Positions 9,550 to 22,300 of a stretch of 32,475 nucleotides of DNA are shown here, in pieces. Source of the DNA: Amoebophrya sp. A120 (taxonomy: Eukaryota > Protista > Dinoflagellata); the NCBI GenBank assembly GCA_905178155.1, contig CAJINV010000005.1, forward strand, positions 1,224,954-1,257,428, written 5' to 3'. The notes under the pieces are model-generated. The model was not told the DNA's origin and did not search any database. It worked only from the letters and a program-made list of their open reading frames with translations. The position numbers and the translations under genes are program-made. The first letter of the stretch is position 1. Each line of letters opens with the position of its first letter.

Positions 9550-12500
9550 ATGCTGTCCAACAACAAGCGGAAGCGCAACGACAAAGCCGCTAAAGGCTCG
9601 GCGGAAAATGCTATCAAAGCAAAAAAGAGCAAAACCGACGAGCCAACGGTCGGCACCAGCAGTCCGACGGATAAGGACGAGGAGGACTTGAGTGAGGAAG
9701 ACGAGGAGGAAATTTCTCATCAACAGGATGAGCAAAGCCGACCGGGCTCCTGCGACGAGGACGAGATAAGCCAGGAACATGAAGATTCTCAAGACCAGTC
9801 CGAGTCCGGCGAGCCCGTGATGCTTGCCCCGGTGACCATCCTCGGGCACCGGGTTCTCCCCGGCGTCGTGAAGCACACGGTGCTAGAGAACCAGCCGCTG
9901 GGGGTGTTCACCTACGAGGACAATTTCCGGAACGCAGAGGATTTGGAAACCGCGAAGCAGCAGTGCGAGATCCTGCAGACCAAGCCGAAGACGTCCGACG
10001 CGGAAAACGAAAACTACTCCGCGGGGAACACGTACTGGATCGGGGCAAATGACGAGCCGAAGTTTCTGTTGGAGAAGCTCGCGAAGGAAATTTTTTTGCA
10101 GTACACCAAGGAAATCCCCATCGATTTTGAGGATAATGTGGACGAATCCGAGAATAATTCCGATGATGAAGATGGACAACAAGAAGCTGGTGCTACTTCT
10201 TCCGCGCAGGAGAAGATGCAGGAACAGATTTCCCTGAACAAGTCTGGCAGCTTCCAGATGCGTATCACAAGAAAAAGTGTTAACATTAACGGTTTTCACA
10301 GATGGCAGTCATGCATATACAAATTTCGCCTTCCATGCATGCTATGCAATACAAATTTGCGCACCTTTTCTGATGCATCACTGCATCACAAATTCCGTTA
10401 ACGTTAACACTTTTTTTTGTGATAATGCGCCGGCGTGTCCCCCCGGCTCTGGTGAAGAAAAACGAGCAGGAAACGTTGAAATCAAAAAGCGATGTTGGAG
10501 TAGAGCAGGAACAAGGTACCGGAGTCGCGGCAGTGGCAGGAGCACCTGCTTCAGGAGACGCGGAACAAGAAGACTCCAACGAGGATTTTTACATCTGCAA
10601 TCCGTGCAAGGATGAAGATTGCACGGAACTACAAGGTGGTAACGAATCCGGTACCGACGCCGAAAGGAATGAACTCCTCGGCCGGGATATCGAAAGAAAA
10701 AATCCCCCCTCCCCATATCGAAACGGAATTTCTGCTGCTGGATTTGTGTACACAGATCAGCTTTGTATTGCAGAGAGGCATTCTTGCGGCCAGGCCCCAG
10801 GCTAGGTAGGGGCGTATGGGTCTAGTTGTTCAGCATGGCAAACGGCTTCCCTTTAGGCGCAATAGCATTACAAATCGCGTCCATCATGGGGCGGAAGCTT
10901 CTGCCCTTGTCTTCTTGCAATACAAATGTGATTTGTGACCGGAAATCAGCAACGCAAATTTTCGGAAACAACCCTGCTCAATATGGGGAGGGGGGATTTT
11001 TCCTTCTGATACGGGATTTGACGGCGCCGGTCCCGGCGAGTATTTCCGGGGCGGAGTACTGGGCGGTGGTGTTGGATGACAAGGAAAAAGAAGACAGCGA
11101 CAACGTGGACCTGCACTTCGACAAGGATTACATTTTGGAGGAGGATCACAAGGTGAACTTGCACCCCTTATTCGGCTCGGTGTTGTACTTGACCAACCAC
11201 GGGGCGCCGACGGTCGTGACCGCCCAGCGGGAGGAGTACATGCCGGCGATCACGTTCAACTTGTCCCCGGAGAAAGGTCTCGACAGTAACGAAAACATGT
11301 GCGTCGTCTCCTATCCGCGAGCCGGGAAGCACGTCGTGTTCGACGGGCAACTGTTGCATTTCGCGGACGGATATCAACTGCAAAAGTGTCTGGGTCTGGA
11401 AGGATGCAAGGTTTGTCATGCACAGTCTGCATGACTCCTGACGTCTGTGAGGCATGCCCTAGCATCACAGATTTTGTGAGGTGGGCTTCCTGATGCCTAT
11501 AACGCATGAGAAATGCCCTCTCGCCGTGGCAAAAACTGGACCTCTTTATTTGCTGTTTATGGTGCAATCCAGATTTTTGTAGTATCCAAATGCAGCATCA
11601 CAAGTTGCAACCTTGCAGACCCAGACATATTTGCACTGCATAACGGAAGTCTCGCGCAGCAGAAGGCGGAGAACAGGAAGCGGATCGCCCTGTTGGTGAA
11701 CATATCAAATGTAAAAATGTCTAGGTCTGGAAGAATGCCACTTGTGATGCTAACTTTGGATTCTAAAAAAATCTGTATTGCATGACCAGCAAGAGGCGCC
11801 CAGTTTGTGCTACGCGGGGAGGGCATTTGTCATGCGGGATAGGCATCAGGAAGGCCTGTAGAAACACGTGATGCTAGATCATGCATTACAGACATCCTGA
11901 GTCATGCAAAGTATGCATGACAAACCTGCTAAGCTTCCAGACCCAGACACTTATACATTTGATAGAGCATCTGGGTGGGGCACCGCCCGGTGGAATGTCT
12001 CCGAATGGAGGAAGACACGGGGAAGAGAAAATTGTTGGAGAAAATCATCGCGGTAGAGAAGAAAGAAAACCAAAATAAGGTCAAAGAACAAGCAGAAGGA
12101 ACAAAGGAACAAAAAACTGCTTTGTCCTTCACCAGTCCCGGCCTGATCCACGTTGTGAATGACAAGCACGAGGTGGACCAGGAGTGCCAAAAAGCTTGCA
12201 CCTTCTCGAAAAAGTTCAAATCCTCCACCAACCAGTACGAGTTTGGGCGATGCGATTGGGTCAATTTTGAGGCTGTGGCGGAAGATGCAAAAGAAAAATT
12301 ACCCTCGACTCTGTTTTACCCGCCAGGGGGAGTGATTGATGTCAGTGAAGAAGGCAAGAACGGCCGCGGGCCTGGAACAGCAGCTCCTGTAGGAAGCGCT
12401 ATGAAGAAGAAGGCCGCTCCTGGTGCTGCGAAGAAAAAGCAAGAAGAACATCCGCCCCCACCTCCGGAGGAGCCGATGGATGCGGAGTTGGTCGAATCTT

Positions 12501-12694
12501 TGATCGGGCAGGGTGAGGCTTTGAAGACGGTCTTCCTCACCACCCATTTCCCGGGCCGTGACGCGGGCAACAGAAAGCCGCACGGACTGACCATTCGGGG
12601 GAGCAAGCAGAAGATGGGAAATGAGAAAGAAGAGTGCAACAAGCACAAGAAGCTCTTCGACCCGGTCATTCGACTAACGACGAAATTTATGTGA
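9550..12694 (+). CDS. 2OG-Fe(II) oxygenase-like protein with acidic low-complexity regions, four TIR inserts
   Basis: Exons 9550-10262, 10430-10687, 11017-11371, 11648-11702, 11970-12694 join in frame; motifs GAEYW, LHFDKD (HxD), HPLFGSVLYL, FDGQLLH, RIALLVNIW. Confidence 0.75.
10263..10424. mobile_element. Introner family C (162 bp), TSD ATGCG
   Basis: TIR TATCACAAGAAAAAGTGTTAACATTAACGG / CCGTTAACGTTAACACTTTTTTTTGTGATA; ATGCG at 10258-10262 and 10425-10429; join gives FQMRRRVPP. Confidence 0.9.
10688..11011. mobile_element. Introner family B (324 bp), TSD CGGGA
   Basis: TIR TATCGAAAGAAAAAATCCCCCCTCCCCATAT / ATATGGGGAGGGGGGATTTTTCCTTCTGATA; CGGGA at 10683-10687 and 11012-11016; join gives LLGRDLTAP. 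Confidence 0.92.
11372..11642. mobile_element. Introner family A (271 bp, reverse orientation), TSD ACGGA
   Basis: ACGGA at 11367-11371 and 11643-11647; join gives LLHFADGSLAQ. Confidence 0.9.
11703..11964. mobile_element. Introner family A (262 bp), TSD GAACA/GAGCA
   Basis: TATCAAATGTAAAA...ATACATTTGATA; TSD has one mismatch (11698-11702, 11965-11969); join gives LLVNIWVGHRP. Confidence 0.88.
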
Positions 12695-13495
12695 GATGAA
12701 GTAGATGAGAACAACAACAAATACAAAAAACCGACCCGCACGGGGCGTATTGCCGCGTTGTTGACCACGACCTGTGGGAGTAATTGTACGGCGCTTTACT
12801 TTTAACTTTTACTTTTGCAAATAACGACGAAGAACGAGACGAAAAATTGAAGGCCGGTGTGTGGCAATGAGTGGCGCCACAACGATACTATCCTCTTTTT
12901 CAGGCTCAGACTTCCTCATCACTACTGCGCAGTAGTACGACTCGATACACGACTCTACGTATATGAGAAGATGAAACCAAAACACGAAATCGTAGCCTTG
13001 ACCTTGAGGAGCTTCACAACATGTAAAAAAAGCTGGACACGAATTGACTCGGCTGTTCTACTTGTCTCTTGGATGATGTTGGAGATCATAGGACCCGCTC
13101 GTCGATCTTGTGAATCGTGCTCTCAAACGAAGATCCGAAAGGGGCACGGAACGTCGCACTGTCAACTTCAGAATGAAATAACCGGCTCGGATCAGCATCA
13201 ACCAAGAAGATCATGCAAGGTGAAGATCTTCAAAAACAAAAAATGCAGCTGTCGCCGAAGTGGAGGACATTCATGTTTGCAGTCTGTGCCGTAGCGGTTA
13301 TGGCTATGAGTGAGCACGCCGTGCTGTTGCAAAGTTCATGATTTAGTCTACTTTTCTCACAGCGGCATGAGTAGTATCAGGTCCTTCGATTCCACTTGTT
13401 TATTTTTCATTTGTTCACGACGATATCTTTTGTGTACCATAAGGATTCTTAAGAAGTTGAAGTCCGCATCAATTTGAATTTCAATAGATTGCAAA

Positions 13496-15630
13496 ATGAA
13501 AAAACTTCAATGGCCCCTTTTCGGTGACAAAAATGGAAAGTCCAGCATCGAGGTCTATCACCATGGCCGAGTGGAGGCAGAGGTAAAAATCAAACCAGAC
13601 TGCTCGCATGAGGACCAACACGACGGCGCTTGGCGGTTCGGCTATGATTACAAGAGAAGCAAGCCAGACAGAAACAACAGACCGACCTGGGAATCCTTGC
13701 AAAAGGAAAAGATCGCGATCGTGCGAAATGTCATACCGAGACATGTTTTGGAAGAGGCAAGGAACGCAATTGGCGACACGGACGGCTTGCTGAGCAGAAT
13801 AGACGTCCAGCAGAGTGACGAGGTGCTGGGTGTGCTGGAGAATGAGAATCTAGTGAAGTGTGTCCGATCCATGTTGGAAATCGTGCAGAATGATAAAGAG
13901 CAAGAAGAAAGAAATGCTGTGGCCGCCCATTGTGCGGAAGGAAAAGACGAGCCTCGAGCTGTTGAACCCGAAGGAGCAGTTGTTGTAGAGCCACGAAATA
14001 AAACTACTGCACAAAGCGAAAAAGTCCTTGAGACAACAAGTTACAAATGGCTTCGATGTGTCAAGGAGCTGAAGTACACCGGGCTGCATCGGGATTTTTT
14101 CTACCTGCAAAACGACAAGTACTACACCGTTTGGATCCCGTTTTTGCCCAGAACAGAATTGCAGCACGGGGCTCTGGTCTGGCAGTCCTTGATGTCGGAG
14201 GAAGAGAAGAAGGAAGAGCGAGACAGCAAAAGCGAGCGCGTGGCTGCCATGCCGGAAATAAGCGAACAAAATAAGGCTACAAATATAATCACCGACGTCG
14301 AGCATTAGCGCGAAAGTACCCCTAACGAAAAAATCTCCAACAAATTGCAAAAGTTTTCGAAATTTTTTGTCGTCGTTGTTTTGTTACGCGTTGCGATGGT
14401 ATGGGCCGAGATGGCCAGCAGGCTTGGTATGTGGCCGGTGTGGGGGAGTTCTGGCCGCGAGGCCTGGTGAGGCCGCAGGCCCGGTGCAGCATAAAGCTTG
14501 GGGCTGACAGCCCATCGCGTCATGGCGCGCGAGTCGTTTTAGTGATTATTTTGGCCGTGAAAGCGTTTGCGCCTTTTTTCCAAAATTCGGCCAAAAATAA
14601 ATCGCAGGCGGGCCCGTTTTTCGGCGCCCAAATTTCCGGCGGACCGCAGACGGACTGCAGACGGACCACACTTGGGCAACAAAACAAATTTTCAAAATTC
14701 CCAAAGTGAGGCGATTCCTTAGGGCTTTTGCAGGCTCGAGCCAATTCGGGTGATTTTGTTTGCACAAAAAGGATTTGTTTTTGCAACAAGCGGAATTTGG
14801 GAAAAATTTGTTTTTGCACAAAAAAAATTTGGGAAGGCGTTACGAATGGGGGGTAAGATTGGGGGTTGAGAATTTTTCTTTCCCGGGAAGCAGGACGCCG
14901 TGCTGCGTGAACGCAATCCATGTCGCGGCTGCAGAATTAGTGCTGTGGGCCCGGATGGTTGGGCAACCTCCCGCGCAAGTCGGGCCTACATTCCGAAGGC
15001 TTCAACATGGCAGGCCTCGGCATTCCAGTTGCCCCGGTCATGGCCGCAGAAAGAGTCACGCCCTTTTTGGGGGTTTTCGCGACGACAAAAAAAAACGAAA
15101 TTTGTTGGATTCAGATTCCTTAGGGCTCCTTTCTGCCCAACGAGCAGGGGGTGGGGGACGCGTCCTCGACGACCAGTGAGGGTCCAGCACCCACTTCAGC
15201 CGCCAAGAGAGAATCCATCTGTTCGCCCGAGAAACCGACGGTGAAAAAGCGAAAAGTCCTCGAGGAGGACGCCCCAGCGAGCGGAGGCGGGGAAGAAGTA
15301 GATCCTGTAAAAACTACAGATGAATCGGCAGCACAGCAAAGCAATGGCACCACTTCCGGGTGGCTGTGCCTTGACGCGTCGGAATACGAACATCCGGAAG
15401 GCTTCTGCTGGCGCTCGACGGATTTCGAGGCCGGGGACATCGCGATTTTTGACATGAGCTTGCTCCACATGACCGTACCAAATCTGTCGGCTGTGAACAG
15501 GATATCCTGCGACACCAGGTGGCGACTGCGGCGACGAGATGTTTGTGCAGCAGATATTGAAACAGAGAAAGAACCGAAAGCATTGGGGTGGAAAGAAGTT
15601 CCATATGAAAGTGTGATTCCCGAGGACTAA
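13496..15630 (+). CDS. Phytanoyl-CoA dioxygenase (PhyH)-family protein
   Basis: WLRCV...TGLHRDFFYL...YTVWIPF in exon 13496-14304 and WRSTDFEAGDIAIFDMSLLHMT...RISCDTRW in exon 15147-15630; in frame after removing the insert. Confidence 0.8.
14305..15140. mobile_element. Large TIR element / introner family G (836 bp), 6-bp TSD CGAGCA
   Basis: CGAGCA at 14299-14304 and 15141-15146; imperfect ~70-bp TIR (CCCTAA..TCCAACAAATT..TTTTTTGTCGTCG vs CGACGACAAAAAA..AATTTGTTGGA..TTAGGG); TT...AA ends; join gives TDVEQGVGDAS. Confidence 0.85.
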
Positions 15631-16374
15631 TAAGCAGTATACCGATCCCGTTTTCTTATACTTTTTACGTTTACCTTGAAGGACGACTATGAAGCGAGAC
15701 ATAACGAATATTCTTACCTGTCTGAGAGAGCATCATCCGCTCCACCAGATAGTTTGTAGGAAAAGAAGCTGGGCAAGTTCGAGTCAGCTGCTGATGTTCA
15801 TTCGGAGAACTTTTGTCGCGAGTAGAGTTGTTGACATATCCACTGAACCTTGCATGGTTTTTCAGACATTTGCAGGAGAAACCGGAGGGCGGATTGAGAA
15901 GAGTAGAGAGAAACGACTTTAAGGACATTTTTTGATTCTATTCTGTTTGCGTTTTAAATTCATACTTTTTCTGACTGGTTTAGGTTTTCTTCGAAAAGCA
16001 TCTTGCTTTCAGATGAAGTTCCCAAGGCTGTGGTTTCTTTTCACATTCTTCTTGTTGAGCGCATGAGATCGTCACTTTGAACTGTTTTTCATTCCTGTAC
16101 TTACTATCTATACCATGAATCAAATAACCTAGACCTACCGCATTGAAAATAGGGGCGCGCGCAAAGGAATCGGTCGAAGATCTTATATCAACTCTCGAAA
16201 TTATCTTACCTCGAGAAGACCTGTAAAAGGCTATTATCCAGTCACATGGCGTAGTATGAGATTTTACGAAATGGAAATTATTTTTTGAGATGAAATAAAA
16301 ACAGAAAGAGCAAGAAGTTGGAGGTCTTCACTTCCCCCACTGTTATGTACTTTTTCGAGCCGAACTCCGTAAAG

Positions 16375-19300
16375 ATGCGTTGGCCGGTTCCGCTTCCGTC
16401 TCCTTCCACGTTCTCGGAAGTATCCTACAGAAAAAGACAGGCAGGTCATATTTGTATTGCAAAAATGAATAGATAAAAAATCTTGCATGTCCCAAGTAGC
16501 AGCATGCTATGGGGTCACCCATAACAGATTTTTCTGCTATTTTACTTTTGCATTGCAAATATGCGTCTGCCCTGCCTGCTTTTTTCTGTAGGATAGGAAG
16601 CGAGTGAGAGCACCGTAAGGAATTTTTCCTCGAAGGCCGGCGCCATGCTTATGCTGTTCTCAACTACTACATTCTCAACTGTTGCATGAATTTGTGATGC
16701 AAGCGCAGCAATATGGAAAGGGGCAAGCTTGCGAGTCTCGCATCACAAATTTGCAACAGAGTTAGATGCTGTTTAGCCCTTCGATAATTTGTCGTGCGAA
16801 GCGCCTTAATCTTCTGGCGACTTATGGGAATTTTGCATGACAAATCATGTAACACCAGTTGAGAGTGTAACAGTTGAGAGCGCCATAATGCTCCGTCAGG
16901 TCACGGCCGATACTGCCTGTTCGCCCGCAGATATGTTGCATGGTATTTTTCCATAATTGTCGTTTTCTCCTACCTTCTCGTTGTTGCCATGGCATGGCAC
17001 CCCCCCTTGGAATTCCTCACTGCAATCTAGCAATGTGAACTTGAACAACGGCAACATGTTGACTCAGAACCAGAAGACTTTCGACACAACTCCAGGTAAC
17101 AAGAACTCCTTCAACCTCAACGCAAAGATGAACCACTACGAGCAGCAGACCAGGAAGCCTACGACGTCGACCACAAGCGACGGCTTTTTTCGGCCAGTCA
17201 TGTTCACCAGTAGTACTGCTCCTGCGCCGGCGGGCAAAGGTAGCAATTATGTCACGACCAAGAACAAAGCTGCGTCGAAAAGCGCTTTCTCTACTTCCTC
17301 GGAGGACGAAGCGAGTAATCCGCGGAGCAAAAGAAAAATTCACCTCGATGTTGATAACAACAGGAAAATAAACCAGGCTCGGCACAGCAATTCTTCTAGC
17401 AGTGCAAAGTCGGTGGACACGTTTACGACTTTCAAGAAACCCGCAATAATTTGGAACAACTTCAATCAGAGAATGGAGTCGTCCGAAGAAAAAGAGAAAC
17501 AAATGAAACATAACGAAGATCAAGATGCGTACAAAAAAATAAACGCAAATCTACTGAAGAGCGATGTTGAAGATGAGCAAGGGCAATTATCCGATTTTTC
17601 CCTAGACGAGGACGAGGAGATCAGCAGCCGCTTTTCATCGTCCTCGTCCCACCTGCGGCGTAACAAGTTCGGCCAACAGTTCCCACCCGTGCCGCTCGCG
17701 CCAGTGCGGAAAAAATCTTTTCAGCTCCCCTCGGAGAAGCGGCGACAAGAGCAGGAGGCGCAGCAGGGGAAAGGGAAATTATACGGGGACGATCATGTTG
17801 CAAGCGACGTCACTAGCAAAAAGACCACCGGAGCAAGGCCGCACCCCTTTCCATTACCAAACCACGCAAGCCTGGACGAGCAACAGAAGCGGAAAAACGA
17901 AGTGAGCAACAAGTTTTTGACGGGAAACCTCGGGTTTTCGAAAAACCTGCCGAAAAAAGTGCAGGTAAAGCCGTTTGTGTTCACGACAGCGTCCGCTTCA
18001 CCAACCGCTGCTGGTTCGCCGGTGAACAACTACGACGGTGGTACTAAATCGATGAATTTCATTAAGTCATCGACGGACCAGCACCTCCCGCAAAAAAAAC
18101 ACATCAAGTATAGCAATAATTATTCAACATCGCCGAACAAGAAGAAGAACAATAAACCTCTAACGCGGAAAAGCCGCTCCTCCGTTCAACTAGACCGCAC
18201 CAATCCGGCTAATCGCGTGTGGCTCAATCCTAATAATCATGCTGGTCATCATGATGTTGATTCATCGGAGAAGAAAGCGGCCAGTAGCTCCGTACCAATC
18301 AGCGAGGGACGGGAAACGGACCAGGATTTTCTTGGCGAAACCGCAGAAGATGAGCATAATGCACATCGAGAGCAAACAAACCAAAAAACGCGATATGCGG
18401 CGAAGGAAAAGCAACAGAAAAACTTATTCTACGCACACAACAACACGACTTCGAGATCAGAAGACGGCCGCAAAAAAAATCACGTTCAGGATTCAGAAGA
18501 TTATCACTCCGCTACTTCAAAGAATGACTACACTGCAACAAGACCACAAGCAAATTGTTCCCACCTCCCTACGTGGATGTTGAACAGCGGCGCCGCAGCG
18601 ACGAGAAACACCCATGAACCACCGCAAAACTTTCAAACAGGGGCTGCACACAATCTTCAGCCAAGTTTTATCCGCGCAAAGAGCTACGACCGGAAGGTTC
18701 ACGTTAAGAAATTCTCTTTCCGCCCGTTGGATTGGCAGCCCGAAGAGCTGAAGTTGCGGGATTTCCAGTTCGACTTCAAGCAAAGTTGCATCCAGGAAAC
18801 GCGAAACTCCAATTCTTCTTCCGGAGTTTCTTCTTCCGCGCACGACGAGGGCCAGTCGGCTTTTGTCACTGCGAAGGAAGAGGACAACAACTACGTTTCA
18901 AGGATGAAAAACTATCCTGGTACTGCTGCTGGTGCTGGTCGTGGTTGCTCTTCAAGTAGTTCTTCTCAAATATCGTCTTCGTCTGACGAAAATCAGCCGC
19001 GACGTCGCGCTGGCACTGCAGCTGCTACAACAGGTAGAAGTTCCCGATCGAAAGTTCGCTTTTTGCAACAACAGGTAGAAGTTCGCTTTTTGACAGACGC
19101 GCAAGCTCCGTAGCGGTGCCGAGGGGAAGTCGTGCGAATGTCGGACCAAGCATTGCGGCCCTCTGTGTGGGGTATAGCTAGTAGAGGGCCAAACGAGGAC
19201 CCCTCCGCCCTTGTCTGCCCCAATGTCGCGAGATGTTGAATCAGGTCGGAAGAGGGGCGGGGGAATGGACCGACCTGAAGGCCACAGTTTTGCAAAGTTT

Positions 19301-22300
19301 TGGAAATATCTTTCCCCGACGGTATTGCGTGACACGCACTCACTGCGTGTCAAGTGCGTGTCACTCTTCACGCCTGTATTCTCGCCACCAGCGATTCGGT
19401 AGTGCGTGTCAGTGCGTGTCACCAGATTTAGGTGCAAAAAGTGACACGCACTGACACGCACTAGATGCGTGTCACTACCATACCGTGCAGGAATGAGACA
19501 ACGCCTGTTGGGTTTTGGTCTTCCCCGATGGTATACGGTGACACGCACTGAGTGCGTGTCACTTTTTGCACTATATTCTGGTGACACGCAGTGACACGCA
19601 ATGCGGTACGCAAGTGACACGCAGTGTGACACGCACTGCGTGTCACTTGCGTATCACTTTGCGTGTCAACTGCGTGTCACTTTTTGGACTCAACTGCGTG
19701 TCAACTGCGTGTCACTTTTTGGACGTTTTGCTTGTCTGAGCGTGTTCATTTTTTTGCGCCTTTTCTTCCCGAATTCGACTGCCTTTTTTTGCGCCACATT
19801 CTGCTTTTTTGAACAACAGAAAATACGGCTTTTTTCTGTACTTTGGCAGCTCCAAGTTGAAGAAAAAGGCCGCGCTGTGTGCTTTGCTGCAGAAAGTACT
19901 CAAGACCGGCGCCCCCGCCCTCCCTGCTGGCGGGGGTTGGCCGGCATGGGAGAGAGCACGAAGCGCCCGGAAAAGGGAAAAGAGGCCTTTTCCTGAAACT
20001 TGGCGGCCCGAAGTTGCAGAAAAAGGCCTCCAAATAATTGCCGCGAGCAAGTGCGCGCGCTTGGTCTGACTTGGCTTCTTTGGCTCGGGCGATGCTTCCT
20101 CGCTATTGTTGGGCGCGCAGCTGGGGGCGCGGTTGGGTGCAAGCCGGCTTCTTTGCTGCGATAGCTGCGAAGAAACGAAAAGAAGGGCTTTTTCTGCAAC
20201 TTGGCGGCCCCAACTTGTTGAAAAAGCCTGTCAGGCGAGACTTGCTCTGGATAACACTCGGAAGGAACGCAACGAAATATTTTCGAAGCAATTCAATTGA
20301 CGCTCCCATACTGGCACTGCAGCTGCTACAACAGGTAGAAGTTCCCGATCGAAAATGAAAGACACTCGCCCTACTCTCCTCCACCACTACCTAGATCCGG
20401 AAACCTGCATTCAGAAAGTCCGTTCAAGACGGGCGAGTCAGCAGAGTGTTCTTGACGTGAAGAGTCAGCGGAACTTTGTTTTCGAAGAAGATCGGCGGAA
20501 AATTGGGGCGGACCGCGAAGAGTCTGCTTCATCAGTTCGCCGTGGGAAGAGAAAAAGCAAAGCAGGAAGGAAATCCGCTTCCAGAGGAGGGCACGACCAG
20601 CATCGTCGTGCTGGCCACAGAGGAGATGTTGATCATGCCAGTGAACAGAGAAGCGAGCATCGGAAGTCCGGCCGGGCCCGGCGCCGGCCTTCTCCAGAAG
20701 AAGAAGAGCATAATGAGCATGTTGGTGATCCGCAACAGGGCGGCCGTCGTGGGGAGAAAAGAAACGGGCAAGAGCACCACAAACCGCCCCGCAAAAGTTC
20801 CAAGACCATGCCGAGTTCTCCATCTGGAGCTGCGGTGCGGAAGAAATCCTACAAAGAGTTCGGGAACAACTTCTACACGTCGCCAAACTCGCCGAGTGAT
20901 ATTAAGCTTAAGCGGGAAAATAAAACTTCTAGCCCGGCGCCAGCGTCAACATCCAGGGCACCAGAGATGAGCAGAAGCGAAAGGAGGCGTCGGCGCAGAA
21001 AGTCGCATCGGCACGCTTCTGAGTGCGGAGGACTACAGGAGGAACAACAGCAGCCAAAAAGCGCGGCAAGCGAAAACAATAAGAAGAGTCCGGCAAAACA
21101 GGGCGCAGCTTCCATTATGCCAAGTCGAGCCAGAAGTAGGGACGTGGATGAAGAACAAAGTCCACAGAATAATTATTCAAAGACTGATTTGGACAACTGC
21201 GAGGACATGCTGAATAGCTCCACCACCAGCCGCAGACCGCCCTCCAACGAAAGCAATTTCCGTGCCCCAAATCGCTCGCGAGCGGGAACCAGCGTCGGGC
21301 CGACAATGAACAATAAACAGTCCGATTCAACAACATCTGCACAGCAGTCCACCTCCGCGAGCAGTGCCACGTATGAACTGCAAAAGTATCGTACTAGTAC
21401 AAATTGCATTACAAATTAACTTAGCATTACAAATTTAAATTTGTAATGCGGATTTGCCTTAACAAAAAGATTTGTAATGCATAAACGCAAGTAGTACGAG
21501 TACGATACTTTTGCACAGGATACCACGACACCAAGAGCTCTGGTCCCCGGTGTTGTTCCGATGCCGCCGTTATCAAATGCAAAAATGTCTGGGTCTGGAA
21601 GAATGCAGATTTTTGTCATGGTGTTTTTGCTTGACACAGAAGGTCTGTCATGGAAAGCCTAGCATCACAGATTTCGAGAACGTTCCGCAATGCTTAATCC
21701 GCATGACAAATCCCCCTGTTTGGTGACAGAAAGTGGGAACCTTTTTCTGCCTATGCATGAGAGATTTGCGCGTGTTGTGGAATTCGCATCACAAACTCGG
21801 ATTCTTCCAGACCCAGACGTTTTTGCATTTGATAGCCGTATGGTGCGACCTACAACGTGCCCATTCCGACCCCCTGGCCGAACGCGGCATTTAATGGTAC
21901 TATCCCGAGGGGGTGCAGCGGGGAGTCCGCAAAGGATATTAGACCGCAGCAGTTACCGACGTCGAGCAAGACGGGCGAAGATGATGTCGAAGCAGTGGAG
22001 CTGCAAGTAGACCCTCGTCTTGTTCAAAACGGCCTTTTGCAGCAGGAGGCAGACGTAGAATTGGAAGACAACGTGATCGCCAGCTCCGAATCTCGCAGAA
22101 AAACGCTGTGTAATCCGGAGACAAAAACTACAAACATGAATTCCGCAACTGAGACCTCAAATTTGGTCAACAACGCCACCCTGCTCGATGCGAACGAGAA
22201 CCGGATTTCTGACATCCCACTCCATCCCTCCTCCCGAAACGTCGGGTTCTCTGATTTGCAATTCGAGGCCAGCCCCGTGGAAGAGCAAAGCGAGACGTCC

